A stretch of DNA of 64,000 nt from positions 640,001-704,000 of the forward strand of contig OZ241322.1 in the NCBI GenBank assembly GCA_965199715.1, in the 5' to 3' direction. The translations under genes were made by a program, and so were the position numbers. The first letter of the stretch is position 1, and every line of letters starts with the position of its first letter. The stretch comes from Vicinamibacteria bacterium. Its GTDB lineage: Bacteria > Acidobacteriota > Vicinamibacteria > Marinacidobacterales > Marinacidobacteraceae. Under the pieces are notes generated by a model. The model saw nothing but the letters and a program-made list of their open reading frames with translations. It was not told where the DNA came from and ran no database searches. This document shows positions 57,587-64,000 of this stretch, piece after piece.

Positions 57587-59956
57587 GTGACCCGACTACT
57601 TCTCTTCTTTTCCCTGGCGGCCGGGATGGCCGCCGCCGCTGCCGGGCAGCCGACCGGCTCCGTGAGCGGGGTCGTGACCTTCGCGGAGAGCGGCGCCCCC
57701 GCGGCCGGAGCCTCCGTCCGCGTCCCCGCCGCCGGAGCCTCCGCCACCACCGACGCCGAAGGGCGTTTCGAGATCGCCGGCCTGCCCGCCGGAACCCACG
57801 AGGTGCTCGTCGAGCAGGGCGTGGTCGTCAGCGCCCGGCGCGAGGTCGCGATCCGCGCCGGCGCCTCCGTGACGGCCGACTTCCAGATCCGCGCCGCCGT
57901 CGAGGAGCGCATCTCGGTGACCGCCGAGGCGCCCGGCTACCGCGCCGAGAGCGCCGTCGTCGGCCGCATGCCGGCGGCCCTGCTGGACACGCCGTCGTCC
58001 ATCCAGGTGATCCGCCGGGAGCTGATCGAGGACCAGGTCGCCGCGACGCCGGACGACGTCTATCGCAACATCGCCGGGATCACGAGCTCCCCCTACGCGA
58101 GCATCGTCGCCCGCGGATTCACCCAGCGCGACTTCGTTTTCAACGGCGTCCGCGGCAACCCCTACGGGAGCCTCGGCGGCGACGTGAACGCCTCGGGCTT
58201 CAGCGTCAGCCAGCTCCAGCTCAGCAACATCGAGCGCGTCGAGGCGCTGCGGGGTCCGGCGTCGGTGCTCTACGGCTCGTCCGAGCCGGGCGGCGTCGTG
58301 AACTTCGTCACCGCCAAGCCGAGCGACGAGTTCGGCGTCCGCGGCTCGGTCCGCCTCGGCCAGTACGACCAGGTCTGGGGATCGGCGGAAGTCACGGGCC
58401 CGCTCGGCGACGAGGAGCGCGTGCTCTACCGGGTCGCCGCCTACGGCAACGACCGCGACAGCTTTCGCAACAACGCCTCCATGCGGAACGTCCACCTCGT
58501 CGGCAACCTGACCTTCCGCGTCACCGACGACGCGAACCTGTCCTTCGAGTACGAGAACATCGACCAGGAGCTCACCGGCCACCGGCTGCGGGGGGTCCCG
58601 GTGGACTCCGACGGGAACTTCCTGACGGACGTCGAGTGGACCGCGACCGAGCCCACCGACTTCACCGACCTCCGCGCGAAAGTCTTCCAGGCGCGCTGGG
58701 ACCAGGTCTTCGCCCGCGATTGGGCGCTGGACGCCACCGTGCGCTACCTCGACTACGACCGCGATCAGGAGTACCACGAGCCGCGCCGGATCACCCCGGA
58801 GAACACGATGCGGCGGCACTTCCGCGACCAGACCCGCACCAACGAGGACGTCTCGGTCGTGCTCAACGTGAACAAGATCGTCGAGACCGGCGCCCTCGAG
58901 CACCGGCTGCTCTTCGGGGCCGACCTGTTCCGCCAGGACCACACGTTCACCTACGGGCGGGCGCGGGAAGTCGCCGCCGGCGGACCGGTTCCGGATCTCC
59001 ATCTTTTCGATCCGCAGTACGGAGTGACCGGGGGCCCGGACTACGGGCTGGACGAGAGCACGTTCCCGACGGACACGGCAGTCGCCCGACAGGTCGGCGT
59101 GTACTTCCAGGACCACATCGATCTCGGAACGGCGTTCCACTTCGTGGCCGGGGGCCGCTACAACGCCTACGACGACCGCGGCGTGGCCGCCGGCGACGAC
59201 CTCTCGAGCGAGCAGCGCGGACTCACCGGCAAGCTCGGACTGGTGTTCAAGCCGGAGCAGGCGTGGTCGCTCTACGGCAGCGCCTCCACCGGATTCAACC
59301 GGCCGGGCATCCTCGCCCAGACGCCGAACGCGAACGGCCCGTTCGATCCCGAGACTTCGGTACAGTTCGAGGTCGGCGCCAAGACCGAGATCCGCCGCGA
59401 CCTCTCGATCGCCGCGTCGCTGTTCACCATCACCAAGTCCAACGTGCTGCGCCCCGATCCGGACCTTGGACCCAACGGGGACAACTACAACGCGGCGCTG
59501 CAGGTCGGCCAGGCCCGCAACCGGGGAGTCGAGCTGGAGCTCATGGGCGCGCTGACGCCGCGCTGGCAGGCCGCGGTGAACTACACGTACCTCGACTCGG
59601 AAATCCTCGAGGACACGAGCGCCGCCGCCGTCGGCGAGCCGCTCCCGAACGCCGCGCCGCACGCGCTCGGCGTGTTCACTCGCCTCGACCTCTTCCTCGA
59701 GGCCGCCGCCGGACTCGGCGTCACCCACCTGGGCGAGCGGATCGAACCCTACGCCGGGATCAAGGCTCCGGCCTACACGGTGGTGGACCTGTTCCTGTAC
59801 CGGGACTTCGGCGATCGGGTCCAGATCCAGGCGAAGCTGGAGAACGTCTTCGACGAGGTTTACGCCACGAGCTCGCTCTTCTCCTCGCGCGCCGGCAACT
59901 TCCCCGGACAGCCCCGGACCTTCTCCGTGCTGCTGTCCTTCGACGGCCTCCGATGA
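57587..59956 (+). CDS. TonB-dependent receptor (siderophore-receptor-like)
   Basis: DTPSSIQVI, RGF, IERVEALRGPASVLYGSSEPGGVVNFVT, PETS.QFEVG.K, NVFD..Y, GQPRTF; AGGAG RBS. Confidence 0.92.
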   Translation: MTRLLLFFSLAAGMAAAAAGQPTGSVSGVVTFAESGAPAAGASVRVPAAGASATTDAEGRFEIAGLPAGTHEVLVEQGVVVSARREVAIRAGASVTADFQIRAAVEERISVTAEAPGYRAESAVVGRMPAALLDTPSSIQVIRRELIEDQVAATPDDVYRNIAGITSSPYASIVARGFTQRDFVFNGVRGNPYGSLGGDVNASGFSVSQLQLSNIERVEALRGPASVLYGSSEPGGVVNFVTAKPSDEFGVRGSVRLGQYDQVWGSAEVTGPLGDEERVLYRVAAYGNDRDSFRNNASMRNVHLVGNLTFRVTDDANLSFEYENIDQELTGHRLRGVPVDSDGNFLTDVEWTATEPTDFTDLRAKVFQARWDQVFARDWALDATVRYLDYDRDQEYHEPRRITPENTMRRHFRDQTRTNEDVSVVLNVNKIVETGALEHRLLFGADLFRQDHTFTYGRAREVAAGGPVPDLHLFDPQYGVTGGPDYGLDESTFPTDTAVARQVGVYFQDHIDLGTAFHFVAGGRYNAYDDRGVAAGDDLSSEQRGLTGKLGLVFKPEQAWSLYGSASTGFNRPGILAQTPNANGPFDPETSVQFEVGAKTEIRRDLSIAASLFTITKSNVLRPDPDLGPNGDNYNAALQVGQARNRGVELELMGALTPRWQAAVNYTYLDSEILEDTSAAAVGEPLPNAAPHALGVFTRLDLFLEAAAGLGVTHLGERIEPYAGIKAPAYTVVDLFLYRDFGDRVQIQAKLENVFDEVYATSSLFSSRAGNFPGQPRTFSVLLSFDGLR

Positions 59957-60987
59957 AGCGCCTCGCCGCTCTCGCGTTCTCCCTGCTGCTCCCGGCTCTC
60001 GCCGGGGCGCAGCAGGCGTACCGGCTGGGCGACCTCGAAGTCCGGCCGGGAAGCGTCGAGTCCGGCCGGGTCGAGGTGCCGGGGACGGAGACCTTCATCC
60101 CCGTCTCCGTGGCGCACGGCGCCCGGCCCGGCCCGGTGCTCACGCTCATCGCCGGGGTGCACGGATCCGAGTACTCGCCGATCCTCGCGCTCCACCGCCT
60201 CCGGCCCATGCTCGATCCGGCGGAGATTTCGGGAACGGTGGTCATGGTCCACATGGCCAACCTGCCGGCGTTCCAGCGACGGACGATCTACTACTCGCCC
60301 GACGACTGGGGCAACCTGAACCGGTCCTTTCCCGGCAAGGCGGACGGCGCCGTCAGGGAACGGATCGCCCATACCCTCACCCAGCAGCTGATCGCGCCGT
60401 CCGACTACATGATGGACATCCACTCCGGCGACGCCAACGAATGGCTGCGGCCCTCATGGACCGGGTACTACGCGACGTCCGGCGGCGAGCGGGTGATCGA
60501 GGACTCGCGGCGGATGGCCATGGCGTTCGGCCTCGACACCATCGTGGCGTTCGACTACGACCTCGACGCGCAGGGAGCGCCGTGGTGCGGTTCGACGGCA
60601 GTGTCGCTGGGCGTCCCGTCCATCGACGTCGAGGCCGGCGAGATGGGCCTCATCGACGATCAGCCGATCAACCAGATCGTGGACGGAATCCGCAGCGTGA
60701 TGCGGGAGCTGGACATGGCCCCCGGCGAGCCGGAGCCAGCGGTGAACCCGTTCATCGTCCGGGAGCGCAGCTTCGTCGGAAGCGACCACGACGGAGTGTG
60801 GGACCCGAATCCCGACCTCCGGGCGGGCGACTACGTCCACGAGGGCCTCCTCCTCGGAACAGTCCAGGACTTCCACGGCCGCCCGATCGAGGAGATCCGG
60901 GCGCCGAAGGGCGGATTGCTGATGATCCTCATCGGGACCCCGCCCGTGAACGCCGGCGATTCCGTAGCGGTCATCGCCCACCCGTGA
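59953..60987 (+). CDS. Exported M14 / succinylglutamate desuccinylase-aspartoacylase family enzyme
   Basis: AGVHGSE, NLNRSFPG, DIHSG, EAG; C-terminal biotinyl-like hairpin; signal peptide. Confidence 0.85.
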   Translation: MKRLAALAFSLLLPALAGAQQAYRLGDLEVRPGSVESGRVEVPGTETFIPVSVAHGARPGPVLTLIAGVHGSEYSPILALHRLRPMLDPAEISGTVVMVHMANLPAFQRRTIYYSPDDWGNLNRSFPGKADGAVRERIAHTLTQQLIAPSDYMMDIHSGDANEWLRPSWTGYYATSGGERVIEDSRRMAMAFGLDTIVAFDYDLDAQGAPWCGSTAVSLGVPSIDVEAGEMGLIDDQPINQIVDGIRSVMRELDMAPGEPEPAVNPFIVRERSFVGSDHDGVWDPNPDLRAGDYVHEGLLLGTVQDFHGRPIEEIRAPKGGLLMILIGTPPVNAGDSVAVIAHP

Positions 60988-62123
60988 CGAGCCCCTCGAA
61001 GCGCGTCGCGGGGATCGACGCGCTGCGGGGCCTCGTCATGCTGCTGATGCTCGTGGACCACGTCCGCGAGACGGTCTTCCTGCACGTGCCGGTGGGCGAC
61101 CCGGTGGACGTCACCGCCGTGGCCCCGGGCCTCTTCTTTACCCGCTCGCTGGCCCATATCTGCGCCCCGGTCTTCATCTTCCTGACCGGACTCGGCGCGT
61201 GGTACCACCGCCAATCGCACACGGCGGCGGAGACCGGCGCCTTCCTCCTGAAGCGCGGGGCCTTCCTGATCGCGCTTGAGCTCACCGTGATCGGGTTCGC
61301 GTGGACCGCCGAGTTCCCGCCCTCGATGATCTTCTTGCAGGTGATCTGGTGCATCGGGATCTGCATGCTCGCGCTCGCCTTGCTGATGCGCCTCGGCCGC
61401 GCGATGCAGGTAGCCGTCGGAACGCTGCTCGTCGCCGGGCACAACCTGCTCGACGGGGTCGTGCTGACCGAGGCCTCGCCGTTCTTCGTCCCGTGGGCGA
61501 TCCTGCACCAGCGGGACCTCCTCGAGTTCGGGAGCGTGACCGCGCGCACGAGCTACCCGGTGCTGCCGTGGATCGGGGTCATCCTGCTCGGGTTCGCGTT
61601 CGGCCCGTGGTTCGCCCGAAAGCGCGCGGAGGGGACCGCCGTGAGGGGCCTTGTCGCCGTCGGGGCGGGGCTGCTCGCCGCCTTCGCCGCGATCCGGCTG
61701 TGGAACGGCTACGGCGATCTGCCGTGGTCCGTCGGGGACAGCGCCATGACGACGCTGATGAGCTTCCTCGCGCTGACCAAGTACCCGCCCTCGCTCCTGT
61801 TCGTGCTGATCACGCTGGGCGGCGGGGCGATTCTGCTCGCGCTGTTCGAACGCTACGGCGACCACAAGCTCACGACCGCGGTCGCGGTCTTCGGGGCCGC
61901 CCCGATGTTCTTCTACACCTTCCACCTCTACGCGCTGAAGGCCGGCTATCTGGTCGCGCACTCGATCTGGGGACCGAACCAGGGCGCGTACTTCGGGGTC
62001 GAGACGCTCGGCGCGATGTGGCTCGTCGCGCTCGCGCTGGCCCTGCCGCTGTACCTCCCGACCCGGCGTTTCGCCGAATGGAAGCGGCGGCGGCGCGACC
62101 TCGCGTGGCTTCGGTACTTCTAG
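60984..62123 (+). CDS. DUF1624 (HGSNAT-like) membrane protein
   Basis: IDALRGLVM.LM.VDH, HICAPVF.FL.G, LQVIW.IG, YPVLPW, KYPPSL. Confidence 0.82.
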   Translation: MTSPSKRVAGIDALRGLVMLLMLVDHVRETVFLHVPVGDPVDVTAVAPGLFFTRSLAHICAPVFIFLTGLGAWYHRQSHTAAETGAFLLKRGAFLIALELTVIGFAWTAEFPPSMIFLQVIWCIGICMLALALLMRLGRAMQVAVGTLLVAGHNLLDGVVLTEASPFFVPWAILHQRDLLEFGSVTARTSYPVLPWIGVILLGFAFGPWFARKRAEGTAVRGLVAVGAGLLAAFAAIRLWNGYGDLPWSVGDSAMTTLMSFLALTKYPPSLLFVLITLGGGAILLALFERYGDHKLTTAVAVFGAAPMFFYTFHLYALKAGYLVAHSIWGPNQGAYFGVETLGAMWLVALALALPLYLPTRRFAEWKRRRRDLAWLRYF

Positions 62124-63328
62124 GAGAACGCCCCGCCGAGGAGCCACGACCCGCCGACGAAGGTGCCGATCGCGCTGCCGATCGTCGGCAGGACGAAAGC
62201 CAGCGCGATCCGCAGCACGCGGTTGCGGAACCACGCCCTCGGCTGGAGCGCCTCCGCCCGGACCGAGCGCAGTTCGAAGACCCGGGGCGGCCGAACCCAC
62301 GCTTGGACGAAGGCCGTGACGTACCCCGCCCCGATCACCGGGGTCAGGCTGGTGAACGGCGCGGCGACGAGCGCGGCGAGCACCGTGAGCGGGTGCGCCC
62401 GCGCGAGGATCGCGCCGAGCGCCGCCGGAACGCTGTTGACCAGCACCCACATCATCGCGCCGGCGGAGGCGGCCTCGGGGCCCCGGGTCGCCCACGTCCA
62501 GGCCAGCAGCGAGAGCACGAGCGCCGGAATCCCGATCCCGAGCGCGCGCCCGAGAAGCCCCTTCTTCGGCAGCTCGGCGAGCGGCGCGGTGTCGCGCCCC
62601 TCCTCCTCCACGAGTTGGCGCTCGACCCCGTCGAGGTGGCCAGCTCCGACCACGGCGACGAGCCGCTGTCCCGGAGTCTCCCGCACCCGCTCCGCGATCC
62701 AGACGTCGCGCTCGTCGATCACCACTTCCTTCAGCATCGGGAGGGCTTCGCCGAGCTCGGCCACGAGCCGGGTGATGACGTCCCGGGAAAGCAGGTTCCG
62801 CAGCTCGTCGTCCGAAGGCTCCGCCCCCGAAGCGGGCTCGAGCCCCTGCGAGAGCGCCCGAACCTTCTGGAGGAACCCCGCGCGCCGCCAGGTCCGCAAG
62901 AGCGTGATCCGGATGTTCCGATCCACGAGACGCAGCGGCGCGCCGACCGACTCGGCGGCGAGCGCCGCCTCGCGCAGCTCCGCTCCCGGCTCCACGCCGA
63001 GCCGGAGCCCGAGCCGCGCCTGCCACGCCCCCAGCACGATCCCGACCAGCAGCGGCGTCAGCCGGCCCTGCCGGATCACCTGGAGGAGGTCCAGCTTCTC
63101 GATCATCTCGGGGCGCATCAGCGTCTCGAAGCGGCCCTCGTCGAGCTCGACGCAGACGCCGTCCGGCCGCAGCCGCTCGATCGTCTCCCGCACCAGCCGG
63201 ACCGACTCGGGCGAGATGTGCGCGGTGCCGACGAGAACGGCCTCGCGCCCCGGCTCCCAGCCTGCGGGCCGCAGCGTCCGGACGAGGCCCTCGCCGGAGG
63301 GATCCGCGGCCGTCGGAGTGTCGGACAT
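62120..63328 (-). CDS. TraB/GumN (PrgY-like) family protein
   Basis: LVGTAHIS, VCVELD..R, LVDRNI.ITL.R, IDERD, AVVGAGH; C-terminal TMs. Confidence 0.85.
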   Translation of the reverse strand: MSDTPTAADPSGEGLVRTLRPAGWEPGREAVLVGTAHISPESVRLVRETIERLRPDGVCVELDEGRFETLMRPEMIEKLDLLQVIRQGRLTPLLVGIVLGAWQARLGLRLGVEPGAELREAALAAESVGAPLRLVDRNIRITLLRTWRRAGFLQKVRALSQGLEPASGAEPSDDELRNLLSRDVITRLVAELGEALPMLKEVVIDERDVWIAERVRETPGQRLVAVVGAGHLDGVERQLVEEEGRDTAPLAELPKKGLLGRALGIGIPALVLSLLAWTWATRGPEAASAGAMMWVLVNSVPAALGAILARAHPLTVLAALVAAPFTSLTPVIGAGYVTAFVQAWVRPPRVFELRSVRAEALQPRAWFRNRVLRIALAFVLPTIGSAIGTFVGGSWLLGGAFS

Positions 63329-63373
63329 TCGACGGGAGTTTAGGGGCGCGAAGCGGTTAGCCTCTCGCACGCT

Positions 63374-64000
63374 ATGCGATCGCTGGTTGTCGCCGGGGAC
63401 AGCTTCGAGGACATCATCTTCGCTGGCCTTCCGCGGATGCCGCGCGCCGGCGAGGAGATGCGCACGCCGCACTTCGCCCGGACGTACGGGGGCGGGGCGC
63501 TCATCACGGCGGCGTGGGCCCGGCGCGAGGGGATCCCCATTTCGCTGCTCTCGGCGCTGCCGCCCAAGGTCCCGACGACGCTGCGCGACGAGGGAATCCA
63601 CGCCGTGAACCTGCGCCGCCACGGCGAGCCGCACGCCCTCACCACGTGCCTTTCGGCGAAGGACGACCGGGCGTTCGCGACCTTCGACGGCGCGAACGTC
63701 GCACTGGAGGAACGCCTGCTCCCGGCGCTCCTCCAGCCGGGGCTGGTCACCGAGCGGGACGCCCTGCATCTGGCGACCTCGCCCGCCGCGCCGGAGCGGT
63801 GGCTGGATCTCTTCGGAACGCTCGCTCGGGGCGGCGCGCCGCGGGAGATTTTCTGGGACTTCGGGTGGGACCGGAAGCTGCCCGGAAGGCCGGGGTTCAA
63901 GGAACTCGTGGCGGCCTCGACCGGCGTGTTCGTGAACGCGCTCGAGCGGCAGCTCTACGACGTGAACGGCGCCCTCACCCGCGCCGCCACGAAGGGAACG
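63374..64000 (+). CDS. PfkB-family carbohydrate kinase (partial, runs off the window)
   Basis: Manual translation: MRSLVVAGDSFEDIIFAGLPRMPRAGEE...GGGALITA, later WDFGW and FVN..E. Confidence 0.7.
   Translation, partial: MRSLVVAGDSFEDIIFAGLPRMPRAGEEMRTPHFARTYGGGALITAAWARREGIPISLLSALPPKVPTTLRDEGIHAVNLRRHGEPHALTTCLSAKDDRAFATFDGANVALEERLLPALLQPGLVTERDALHLATSPAAPERWLDLFGTLARGGAPREIFWDFGWDRKLPGRPGFKELVAASTGVFVNALERQLYDVNGALTRAATKGT

Noticed and set aside
1-64000. CRISPR arrays, rRNA, prophage or defence systems
   Set aside because: No regularly spaced repeats, rRNA-like segments, or phage or defence motifs were seen by eye; weak signals could have been missed.

Overview
A high-GC, very densely packed bacterial chromosomal segment from a diderm organism (LolA, a secretin and TonB receptors are present; gene content is Acidobacteriota-like, which is an inference). 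In order it carries: dnaK-dnaJ-hspR; a trpEG-aroF-aroB-aroA-aroKDE-aroC operon, with AroK, AroD and AroE fused in fungal AROM domain order; tRNA-Ala(CGC), whose CCA end overlaps the lolA start codon; rpsP-rimM-trmD-rplS running into thiE, envelope genes, ldcA and mpl; a small-Cys-protein/beta-barrel/DUF547 cluster with frameshifted paralogs; a putative peptidoglycan-scavenging operon; an ECF sigma/anti-sigma/TerB locus; an intact IS5 inside a decayed thioester-domain-like gene; leuB; gdhA divergent from a receiver/PPDK-like protein; and a TonB-receptor operon preceded by an 85-aa CxxC...RAPP leader peptide, not listed separately in the ORF track, whose 3' end is complementary to the receptor RBS. 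Many operon-first genes have a TAnnnT box 6-10 nt before the start codon, suggesting leaderless mRNAs. No rRNA or CRISPR array was seen. All calls come from reading motifs by eye; no database searches were run.
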